Shown here piece by piece: positions 39,454 to 47,311 of a stretch of 64,000 nucleotides of DNA. The number at the start of each line of letters is the position of its first letter. Position 1 is the first letter of the stretch. The stretch lies in the IMG/VR virus record IMGVR_UViG_3300031949_000012, positions 31,290-95,289 of that record. One strand, 5' to 3'. Under the pieces are notes generated by a model. That model did no database searches. It saw only the letters and a list, made by a program, of their open reading frames with translations, and was not told the origin of the DNA. Both the position numbers and the translations under genes were made by a program. The DNA is from a virus.

Positions 39454-39549
39454 AAAAAGAGTAGGGGCTCCCTACAACTAGGGAGCCCCAAAAGGAGGAG
39501 AGAAAATAAGGAGGTGAACAACAGAAGCATTAGGAGGATTCGTTTGTCA
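39454..39549 (-). ncRNA. Candidate anti-RBS sRNA 2 (~95 nt)
   Basis: Promoter 39556-39584, three CCUCC tracts, hairpin 39464-39489 then U-rich tail. Confidence 0.62.
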
Positions 39550-39555
39550 ACCTCT

Positions 39556-39584
39556 ATTATACCCTATTCCTCAAATTTCGGCAA
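39556..39584 (-). promoter_or_regulatory. Sigma70 promoter
   Basis: TTGCCG-17-TATAAT overlapping the SbcC stop codon. Confidence 0.72.
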
Positions 39585-40989
39585 GCTCAACTTCGCTCAA
39601 ATTCTCCTTATTCTTTCGCACCCTGATCACATGGTCAGCCAGGTCAGCCAGGCTGTCATCGTGGGAAATGACGATGAGCTGGTCGTAGTGACCCTTGAGC
39701 CCCGACAGAACCTCCACTAGCTGGCCAATCTGGGGGGCGTCTAAATTTACGGTTGGCTCGTCCAGAATGAACAGCGGCGCTTCCTGCACTGCGCTCAAGG
39801 CCAACCAAACTGAGATGGCAGCCAATCCTTGCTCGCCCCCAGAGAGGTTGGGCTTGAAGCTGATGTGAGGGCTACCATCTATCGAGGCCTCCAGTCCGTA
39901 GTCCGGCAAAATGTAGAGCTCGGCCAGTTCATGGTGAACGCTCATCAGGCGTGAGAAGGTTCTGGTCGCTATCCCCTGGATACGGGCTAGTTTGTATTCG
40001 GTAATCAGGGGCACCGCTTTCTCGATGACCCCGATGACCGCAGCCAGTTTCTTTCTTTCCTCGTAGATGTTGGCAGCTTGGATTTGTAGCTGGCTAACCT
40101 CGGCTTCATTCACGCGGGCCAGGGCCCCTAGACGCTTTTCAAGCGAAGTCAGCTGACGCCGGTTCTCATCAACGAAACCGGTAAGAGCCTTCTCCTGCCG
40201 CTCAATCTCCTGCTGCCGGTGAACTTCCCAGGCTTTCCGGGCGCTCAGTTTTGAGCCACAGACCGGACAAACTGGGTTAATGCTGTCTCTGGCTGGCAGA
40301 GACAGGAACGCATCAGGAGATGTCCGAAATTGGACAAGTGATAGTTCGTGCAGAGCGATGCTATCTCCTAGCTGACTTATCTCTTTAGCTAAGGTTTCCC
40401 TTTGCGCTCCGGTGCTTCGGGATAGCACTTCAGCTTTTGCTTCGAGGGCCTTCTGGTTTGCCTCTAAACCATTGTTTTGAGAGCGTAGGAGGGATAAAGC
40501 CTGCTGATAGGCACTTATCCCGGTTAGCTCGTTGAAAACGTCCCTACGGCGATGTGGGGGCATCAGGAAAGATGATGTGAGTTCCCCTTGGGCGATATAG
40601 CAGGCTGTTTCCGCATAGTAGGGCAAGTTGGTCCCAACCGGCAGGCCCAGATGCAAGCGAATAGCTTGCTCTATCTTGGCCAGGCCATTGACACATTCGC
40701 CATTCCAGTTGAAGTCGGTGATGGAGTTGTGCAAAGCACGGGTGACAACAGCCCGTCCCCCCTGGGTTGATGTAAAGGCAACCTCGACCTGGCCGGTTTT
40801 TGTGCCAGGGCGCAGAAAGTGCCCCTTATTCCGGCTGGGGAGATAGCCGAATAGTCCGAACAGCAATGCCTCAATGATGGTGGTTTTACCTGAGCCGCTG
40901 GCCCCGGCGATGACGTTCAAGCCGGGGGCGAAGTTGACCTTAGCCTGCTGGTACAGGTTGAAGTTCCTCATCTTGACTGAGGTAATCAT
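39571..40989 (-). CDS. sbcC: SbcC/Rad50-like ATPase
   Basis: GASGSGKT, YIAQG Q-loop, CPVC zinc hook, LSGGE signature, ILDEP, ISH. Confidence 0.9.
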   Translation of the reverse strand: MITSVKMRNFNLYQQAKVNFAPGLNVIAGASGSGKTTIIEALLFGLFGYLPSRNKGHFLRPGTKTGQVEVAFTSTQGGRAVVTRALHNSITDFNWNGECVNGLAKIEQAIRLHLGLPVGTNLPYYAETACYIAQGELTSSFLMPPHRRRDVFNELTGISAYQQALSLLRSQNNGLEANQKALEAKAEVLSRSTGAQRETLAKEISQLGDSIALHELSLVQFRTSPDAFLSLPARDSINPVCPVCGSKLSARKAWEVHRQQEIERQEKALTGFVDENRRQLTSLEKRLGALARVNEAEVSQLQIQAANIYEERKKLAAVIGVIEKAVPLITEYKLARIQGIATRTFSRLMSVHHELAELYILPDYGLEASIDGSPHISFKPNLSGGEQGLAAISVWLALSAVQEAPLFILDEPTVNLDAPQIGQLVEVLSGLKGHYDQLIVISHDDSLADLADHVIRVRKNKENLSEVELAEI

Positions 40990-41149
40990 AGCTCCCCTGT
41001 TGGAAATGATAGTGCTCGGAATTTTCGGCTTGCACCGCACTTAAAACGCAATTACACGCGCCGGTTCTAGTTTCCCCTGGGTGCGAGTGCCCATTTTTCT
41101 CAGCATGGTCTTTTGCGAGATGACCACAGCGACAAATAATATCAGTCAT
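40940..41149 (-). CDS. Small Cys/His-rich protein
   Basis: RBS AAGGAG; CRCGH...CNC. Confidence 0.55.
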   Translation of the reverse strand: MTDIICRCGHLAKDHAEKNGHSHPGETRTGACNCVLSAVQAENSEHYHFQQGSYDYLSQDEELQPVPAG

Positions 41150-41426
41150 GGTTCTCTCCTTTCCCAATTTGTCGGAATAGCAGATAGGTTGTCAAAGCGC
41201 CAACAGAACCGGCCAACAATGCTGCCAATAAACCCTTCTCAGCATATAAGAGAAAGTTGAGAATGAATGTAGCTGAAGAATATACGATTATCCATCCACT
41301 AAATTCACCAGCTGAACGAAGGATACCAACATCAGTCAAAATGATGATGACTGTTATAGATATTAACGGTGCTATCATAGCCTTAAATCCAATGAACAAC
41401 ATTTCAAAAAGAGCCTCCCAGTTCAT
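41142..41426 (-). CDS. Small membrane protein
   Basis: Three hydrophobic segments; RBS AAGGAG. Confidence 0.6.
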   Translation of the reverse strand: MNWEALFEMLFIGFKAMIAPLISITVIIILTDVGILRSAGEFSGWIIVYSSATFILNFLLYAEKGLLAALLAGSVGALTTYLLFRQIGKGENHD

Positions 41427-41428
41427 GA

Positions 41429-42544
41429 CTACTCCTTTCCGGCCAGGACGTTTTCTTTCCGGCGCAATGCTTCGCGGGCCAGGGTCTTATCACCCCCGGC
41501 CGCCTGGATGAAGAACGAAAGTTCATCCTGAAGGTGAGGCATAGCTGCAGCTTCGCCGGTTTCGGGTTCGGCTTCAATCTGATGCAGCCGTACAATCAAT
41601 GCTCCGGCCTCTTTCAAGGCCCGGCTAATTTTGAGTAGGTTTCCAGTATCAGGAGAAACCGTTAGATGCACAACTGCATCTTCTATACCTTGCTCGGTGG
41701 TTTCCCGAATAATGTCTTCTTCGGTGTCTAGCAAACTCTCCCGAATGATGAACTTGCGCCGGTCAAGGTAAGGATGGCGCTGATACGACATCAGGCCGTC
41801 GCTGTCTACAAAGACTTGTACCAACCCGCGCCTGGTCCAGGCGTACTCATTTACCGCGCACGTCTCAAGACTGCCCGGACTGATAGCGTACTCAACCTCA
41901 TAAGGCTTGTGGATATGCCCCATTGCCAGGCAATCTACAATCCCCCGGCCGCCTGCAAAGAGAGCCTTGGGGATGACGCCGGACGTACCGGGCAGCACCC
42001 CTTCCAATCCGGCGTGAGCCAGACCGATGGTGAAGCAGCCCTTTTGCTTGTAGGCAGCCAGGTCCCGGATGAGCTTGCCAAAGGCATTAGGCGTTTGAGC
42101 GCCAGCCCAGGAGAAACCCCCAATGGCAATTGAAATGTTGGTCTGGTTATAGTCTAGCTTGATGACGCGAACCTTTATGTCTGCTTGTCGCAGCCCATCT
42201 CGACGTTCAAGCCAGTCGACCCAACCGTCCGGATCGACGTAGCTGGCAAGCTCGTGGTTTCCGGTAACAGCGTAGAGGCCATAGGGGAGCTTGCTATTGA
42301 TGCGCCGGCAGCCAAGCTCCGCGCTATCCAGGATAGCGCCGTTCATACCGCGCTCATGGGTGAGGGAGCGGTCAAACACATCCCCGCCAAACAAGGCAAA
42401 TAGAGGCGTTGGTTCTAGTTTTTCGGTGATAGTTTCCACCGCCCAATTCCAGGCGCGAGAGAAGTCTTCCTCTCTGGCGTCTGAGTTATATTGTCGCTTG
42501 CCCAGGTGGGCGTCAGCAAACACAACAAACGAAAATGGGGTCAT
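41429..42544 (-). CDS. sbcD: SbcD/Mre11-like metallophosphoesterase nuclease
   Basis: DAHLG, GDVFD, GNHE, AH, GHIH, PGS motifs. Confidence 0.9.
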   Translation of the reverse strand: MTPFSFVVFADAHLGKRQYNSDAREEDFSRAWNWAVETITEKLEPTPLFALFGGDVFDRSLTHERGMNGAILDSAELGCRRINSKLPYGLYAVTGNHELASYVDPDGWVDWLERRDGLRQADIKVRVIKLDYNQTNISIAIGGFSWAGAQTPNAFGKLIRDLAAYKQKGCFTIGLAHAGLEGVLPGTSGVIPKALFAGGRGIVDCLAMGHIHKPYEVEYAISPGSLETCAVNEYAWTRRGLVQVFVDSDGLMSYQRHPYLDRRKFIIRESLLDTEEDIIRETTEQGIEDAVVHLTVSPDTGNLLKISRALKEAGALIVRLHQIEAEPETGEAAAMPHLQDELSFFIQAAGGDKTLAREALRRKENVLAGKE

Positions 42545-42552
42545 CGTGCCTC

Positions 42553-43398
42553 CTAATAAGGATAAGGAAATTCTCTTACTCTCATAATTTCCGGCCAACC
42601 GGCCGGGTCTTCTCCTTTGCGGTCTATTGGGGCAAAGAAATGCTTTTCGCCGTTGATGTTTTCTCCGGCATATGGGTTAGCCCCAATTTGCTTCATGAAC
42701 ACCGGTGTACTGGCCCTCTGGCATTGCTTGATAATGCTAATGGCCCAACGTAAGTCGAAGGGCCTGGCCTTGGGGCCACTTTCACCGCCAACGATGACCC
42801 AGTTGACATCCGGCACGTAGGCTTTTAACCTTCCCAATTCATCAATAGGCGGGGTTATCCATCGGGACAAGTCCAGACCTTCCATTAGTGGTTCGCAGCT
42901 CAGGAATTTAATCATGGCCGGTATCTGGCAAAGCTCAAGCATCCGTTCATCAAGATACCTCTGGTTCTCAGCCGATGCGCCTACCCAGATGTGCTCCGGC
43001 CAGCTTTTGAGCCAATGCGCCGGAACCATCCGTAAAACATTTTCTGGCCGCTTAGTCAACATCTGCACATCCAAATTCTTGAGGCTTTCTAAAATCTGAC
43101 AAGCCTCTGACCGCCAGGGCTCAAGCTGAGGATGGTCTTCAAAAAAGTCGCTCATACTCTGGCAAAAGACGAGCTGCCGGATACCGGATTTACCAGCCTT
43201 TCTATCCCACAGAAGGATGTCTGTCCAGGAGGACTTGATGCGCCATCGTTCCGTAGTTTGGGCTGGCCCCCAGATGTCTCTACCGATACGTTTGCTCAAG
43301 GTTTCGGCGTAACAGTGTTGGCAGCCCGGCGATACCTTCATACATCCCCACCAAAAGTTCAGCGTGTGGTGGGTCCAGCCGATTTTAGTGTTCTCCAT
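42553..43398 (-). CDS. Phage Gp37/Gp68 (DUF5131) family protein
   Basis: GCMKVSPGCQHCYAE, SMSDFF, LTKRPEN, SCEPL, WVIVGGESG, FMKQIG. Confidence 0.9.
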   Translation of the reverse strand: MENTKIGWTHHTLNFWWGCMKVSPGCQHCYAETLSKRIGRDIWGPAQTTERWRIKSSWTDILLWDRKAGKSGIRQLVFCQSMSDFFEDHPQLEPWRSEACQILESLKNLDVQMLTKRPENVLRMVPAHWLKSWPEHIWVGASAENQRYLDERMLELCQIPAMIKFLSCEPLMEGLDLSRWITPPIDELGRLKAYVPDVNWVIVGGESGPKARPFDLRWAISIIKQCQRASTPVFMKQIGANPYAGENINGEKHFFAPIDRKGEDPAGWPEIMRVREFPYPY

Positions 43399-43597
43399 GT
43401 AACACTGCCCACAGCTTTTTGCTTAATTCCTGCCTCACTCTTGCTTCAGCAATTTCGTCTGTCAGGTTCTCTACTACATTTGGAATGACATTCAAAACGC
43501 CGCGCAATTGTTTAATGGCGCTTACCAGAACTTCCGCATCGTCACTTCTAATGTCATGATCTAAAACCACGGTCAAGGCATTATATCTGTCAGTCAT
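43385..43597 (-). CDS. Hypothetical protein
   Basis: RBS GGAGGT before ATG 43597. Confidence 0.55.
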   Translation of the reverse strand: MTDRYNALTVVLDHDIRSDDAEVLVSAIKQLRGVLNVIPNVVENLTDEIAEARVRQELSKKLWAVLHGEH

Positions 43598-43865
43598 GTT
43601 TGACCTCCGTCTTATTATATGGTTTCCATATTCCCAAGAGAGGGTCACAACAGGAAATCATTTTGTAGTCAATTAGCTTCTCTATATTCTGTGCTGTCTC
43701 GTGTGGTGGATAGCTTTGCTCTTTGATATAAGCAAGTACATATCCCCCTTCTGGCAGTTCAAACACGGCGGCTGGATTGAACAGGTCGTACCTGTAGAAC
43801 TCTTGGGCGTTCTCTATCGTTTCCTGTTTGCCACTAAACCAATTGATAAAATGATTGATACTCAT
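43590..43865 (-). CDS. Hypothetical protein
   Basis: RBS GGGAGG. Confidence 0.55.
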   Translation of the reverse strand: MSINHFINWFSGKQETIENAQEFYRYDLFNPAAVFELPEGGYVLAYIKEQSYPPHETAQNIEKLIDYKMISCCDPLLGIWKPYNKTEVKHD

Positions 43866-43876
43866 AAGCCTCCCAT

Positions 43877-43954
43877 AAACAAAAGTGGGGCATCTGGCTG
43901 GGATGCCCCGTAAAGGAGAATAGGAGAAAGAGTCATTTGGCTAGAATGTCTCAT
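43877..43954 (-). ncRNA. Candidate anti-RBS sRNA 3 (~75 nt) complementary to structural-gene RBSs
   Basis: Promoter 43960-43988; body AUGAGACAUUCUAGCCAAAUGACUCUUUCUCCUAUUCUCCUUUA; terminator hairpin 43887-43909. Confidence 0.7.
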
Positions 43955-43959
43955 AAACT

Positions 43960-43988
43960 ATTATAAGCCGAAAATTGATTTTCGTCAA
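43960..43988 (-). promoter_or_regulatory. Sigma70 promoter with palindromic operator in spacer
   Basis: TTGACG-17-TATAAT; CGAAAATTGATTTTCG at 43969-43984. Confidence 0.82.
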
Positions 43989-43989
43989 G

Positions 43990-44562
43990 TCATAAGGCTA
44001 TGATTTCCTCCGGGCCAAAGGAGTATTCTGCCTTGCGCCCGTCATTCATATAGTGCTCGATGGAGAGCAACGCGGTGTGAACGGCCATCCGAATGAGAGG
44101 CAAGCCCAAGGTATAGGTGTAGAAGTAATATCCTTCCCAATCCGTATCTTGTATTTGCCAGTTCTCATCCCAGATAACGGTTCCAGTCTGTGTTTCATTG
44201 ACGCTAATGTGCAGGGTAGGGACGCCCAAGTTGTGCAAGAGGTTCCTTGCCCTGGGATTATCCAGAGCGTCTATGATAAGCACCGGCTTTTCCCTGGCTA
44301 GTATCTTGAGAACTAAGTCTTGGGTTAAAGTCTCTTTCCAAGGTTCGGCCTGGGCCTGGCCACGCACATGGATCATGTGCCCCAGCCCAAATGCTTTATT
44401 GCAAGAGATAAGGTCATCCGGGTAGATGGATGCCGCCAGTTTCTCTGGCTCAATCCGGCCGTCATCGAATAGAGTAAAGTATTTGAAGGTCATACACAAT
44501 TCATACCCGATGCGGCTGCCGATTGCGCCACAACCGCAAATCCAAATCCTATTTTGTTTCAT
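43990..44562 (-). CDS. ThiF/E1-like adenylation-family protein
   Basis: ICGCGAIGS, LFDDGRIE, NKA, IIDALDNPRAR. Confidence 0.75.
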   Translation of the reverse strand: MKQNRIWICGCGAIGSRIGYELCMTFKYFTLFDDGRIEPEKLAASIYPDDLISCNKAFGLGHMIHVRGQAQAEPWKETLTQDLVLKILAREKPVLIIDALDNPRARNLLHNLGVPTLHISVNETQTGTVIWDENWQIQDTDWEGYYFYTYTLGLPLIRMAVHTALLSIEHYMNDGRKAEYSFGPEEIIAL

Positions 44563-44737
44563 CGGTTCCTCCTAAGCGATTGACTATATCCTGTAACTTT
44601 AGCAGGTACGCGGTGACAACATCTATATCCCTGGGGTCATGTGCCCTTGGTACGCCAAGACCCAGGCGAAATAGAGCGTGGGCTACATCCGATGGTAGTC
44701 CTTTATTTTGCAGTAATAGATAAATTTCAGCTTTCAT
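44549..44737 (-). CDS. Small hypothetical protein
   Basis: RBS AGGAGG; overlaps ThiF start. Confidence 0.55.
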   Translation of the reverse strand: MKAEIYLLLQNKGLPSDVAHALFRLGLGVPRAHDPRDIDVVTAYLLKLQDIVNRLGGTDETK

Positions 44738-44751
44738 TTTCCTCCTGAAAT

Positions 44752-45015
44752 GGCGAAGACCCCACCAACAGTCAGTGGGGTCTCGCCGCTCAATATATTA
44801 CACCGTTTTTACGGTTATGTTATCTGGCGGTTTACCGTTGCAGTTCTAGCTGCGAGCCCTAGCCGGTAAACCGCGTATCTAATAGGAGGCCGTATATGGC
44901 ACGCGACCTTGGGTCCTGTCCTCTTGTTAGCCGGCTCGTACTAACTGACAGTAGCCCATTCACTGGGGGAGCCGTGGCAACCCGTGTCCGATGCAAGTCC
45001 CTTGTAGCGCCATTG
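44752..45015 (-). ncRNA. Candidate structured RNA (~265 nt)
   Basis: TTGACA at 45044-45049 with TAATCT/GATAAT -10; stems 44827-44874 and 44752-44787; anti-SD tract 44880-44890. Confidence 0.5.
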
Positions 45016-45050
45016 ATAATAGATTATCACACTTTTGGGCTTTTGTCAAG

Positions 45051-45425
45051 CTAAAATGGGACTTCAAACTCATCTTCCTCATTGGCCGGCTGATTTTCAA
45101 GCTGGGGTGAGTAGAAGTATGAAGCTGGCCGAATATCCAGCCGCCTGGCGGCTTCGGCAGCAACCTCCTCCGTCGTTGGGGAGAAGGCGTAGATGGCGCT
45201 ACCTCCGAAAAACTTCGTAAAAGCCGGTTGATCATTTACTGCTGGCACATCCACCCGCATAAAGCCCAGGCCGAAATAGGCTTCTTCTGAAATTAGGCCG
45301 GCAATCGCGCCATGGCCCATAAGTTCCACGACTGCCCACTGCTTAAACGTTTCTTGTGGTTCTTGTTTCGTTTTTTTAAATTCCCACATGCCTTCTCCTA
45401 TCACTGGGTCAAAGTGAATAACCAT
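45051..45425 (-). CDS. Conserved-looking phage protein of unknown function
   Basis: WAVVELMGH...RVDVP...SAIY pattern; RBS GAGG. Confidence 0.6.
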   Translation of the reverse strand: MVIHFDPVIGEGMWEFKKTKQEPQETFKQWAVVELMGHGAIAGLISEEAYFGLGFMRVDVPAVNDQPAFTKFFGGSAIYAFSPTTEEVAAEAARRLDIRPASYFYSPQLENQPANEEDEFEVPF

Positions 45426-45448
45426 GTTTTTCCTCTCTTTGCTTATAG

Positions 45449-46154
45449 TTAAGCTACACGTAAGCTAATAGCCGTTTGCAGGTTGACTATTTGTGAATAC
45501 CTTACTTGCTTTCGTAGGATTGCGTCAGCTTTATCCTGGGCGTCCAGGGCGTCAAAAGCCTCAAGTTCCATTGTTCTTTGCTGCGGGACCAGTTGCCCGT
45601 TTTGGTAAATGTCAAAAGTCATAATGACATCAAAGGTCAACTTCACACTCACTAGCCGCCCCCCCATCTGATTGAGAATGTCCAGGCCCACCAGGATAAA
45701 TGAATGGCACTGATCAGTTTCCCGTCTCCTGGCTCCCAGATGTCCCAGGTTTGCCAGTGTTTGGTGCTGACAAAGCGCAGCGACGGCAGCAGCCAACGGG
45801 TCAGATGTGGGCTATCCGATTGGCTTTGGAAGGTGAATGTCCACCGGCCCACATCCTTCTCCCAAAAGACCGGCCAGTTCAGCCGGTAGGCTATTTTCCA
45901 CATACTTCCTCCTGCTCATAATATTCTTCAAGGAGGTAATAACAGATGACTTCCGGGTTTGTGTTAAGCGCCTGTTCCGTCACTACAGATAGATTATCTT
46001 CTTGATCATTTTGGGCAATGATTGTCCCAATGCTTATCCCATAGCAATCTTTCTCATACTCTTCACTTTCAAAATACCACCCATCTTTCTCAGGAAGTAT
46101 AGCCCGCAGGCCCTCACCATTGCGGGCGGAAACATCTATAATCAATCTAGTCAT
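45449..46154 (-). CDS. Three small hypothetical ORFs (45449-45652, 45652-45903, 45891-46154)
   Basis: Tightly coupled ORFs with RBSs. Confidence 0.5.
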
Positions 46155-46164
46155 ATATTCCTCC

Positions 46165-46995
46165 TCACTGGGTTAAAGCGACCAACCTGGCCGCTTCTGC
46201 TCTAAGTTTCCGTAAGTCCGGCGTCCGGGCATCCTCAAGCCAGAACCCAATCGGGGCCAACCTGAGCCGGGCCAGGCTCTCTCCCAAGAAAGCCTGCTGC
46301 CGGCCAGTTTCAAGCAGCCTTCGTATGCGCTCCGGCTCAACCTCATCCAAATGATGGTAGATGCTGGCTACATCATTGTAGTCCCCCAACAATCTCTTGG
46401 CCCAAACATGGCCTATGCCGGCCGGGTGCGGCAGGTTGTCGCTATCCCCGGCCAGGCCCTTCAGGGAAGGGATTTGCCTGGATTTCACGCCTACCGTCGC
46501 CTCGACCTCAGCCAGTGTGTTGAACCTGTCGCGTAAGGTGCGATGTGTATGCGGCTCGAACCTCAAGAGCTCTACCGTCACCTGGTCATCCCGGACCACC
46601 TGCAACAAGTCCCGGTCTGAAGTCAGGACTAACACTTGTTCCTCGAAGGCAAGGAGCGAGCTCAAGGTGTAGATTACATCATCAGCTTCGTATCCTGACG
46701 CTTCGGCCTGGGCCAGTTGGGTACCCTTCACTACGTCGCGCAAGGCGGTTAGCTGCTTGATAAACCCCTCCGGCTTTGGCTTGCGGTCTGCCTTATATGC
46801 CGGATATTCCTCCCGGCGTTTCAAGATCGGGCTATCCCAGGTTACAACCAAATGAGTGGGTTGGTAGTCCCGGCAGACATTCTCGATGTACGCCAGCACA
46901 CCATCTATGGCGTAGAAAGGGCTGTTCTCTATCTCCGATAGGAAGGCAAAGAAGATACGGGCAAAGATATTGTTGCCGTCAATGATGAGCAACAT
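46165..46995 (-). CDS. 5'-3' exonuclease (PolA N-terminal/FEN family)
   Basis: LIIDGNN, YKADR, EADD, SDRDLLQ, LAGDSDN motifs; start reassigned to ATG 46995. Confidence 0.9.
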   Translation of the reverse strand: MLLIIDGNNIFARIFFAFLSEIENSPFYAIDGVLAYIENVCRDYQPTHLVVTWDSPILKRREEYPAYKADRKPKPEGFIKQLTALRDVVKGTQLAQAEASGYEADDVIYTLSSLLAFEEQVLVLTSDRDLLQVVRDDQVTVELLRFEPHTHRTLRDRFNTLAEVEATVGVKSRQIPSLKGLAGDSDNLPHPAGIGHVWAKRLLGDYNDVASIYHHLDEVEPERIRRLLETGRQQAFLGESLARLRLAPIGFWLEDARTPDLRKLRAEAARLVALTQ

Positions 46996-47311
46996 CTTTC
47001 GTCTCCTTAAATGTTGAAAGGACAATGGCTCCCTCCGCTTCCAAGCCAGCGGCCAGCGGCCCTGGAATGGAGGTGTTGTTTTCCTTAGCCAGGTCATACG
47101 CTTCTCCTGCCATATCTCCATTTGCTTCACGAATCCACTCTGTTTCGCCTTTATACGGGAAATAGTAACCTTTGCCAACTCTCTCCCAATTGATGCCATC
47201 CGGGAATGTGATGGCATACATTTTTGGTTTATTTGGGCCTTCCCAGGTTTTCCTTTTGCCAAAAATTATGCTCCACCACCTGTTGGCGGGCTCATCAGTA
47301 AACTTTTGCAT
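46979..47311 (-). CDS. Hypothetical protein
   Basis: RBS AAGGAGG before ATG 47311. Confidence 0.55.
   Translation of the reverse strand: MQKFTDEPANRWWSIIFGKRKTWEGPNKPKMYAITFPDGINWERVGKGYYFPYKGETEWIREANGDMAGEAYDLAKENNTSIPGPLAAGLEAEGAIVLSTFKETKDVAHH

Noticed and set aside
39491-39540. CsrA/RsmA sponge RNA (multiple GGA motifs)
   Set aside because: GGA motifs are on the + strand, while promoter and U-tail indicate minus-strand transcription; not in hairpin loops. Not fully excluded without RNA data
45014-45029. Canonical Fur box
   Set aside because: Half-sites match TGATAAT but spacing is 7-2-7 rather than 7-1-7; kept only as an unnamed operator
46996-47262. N-terminal extension of the exonuclease ORF (and similar extensions at 402-515, 40990-41040, 54344-54385)
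   Set aside because: Better RBS-supported starts lie downstream and most extensions overlap other genes
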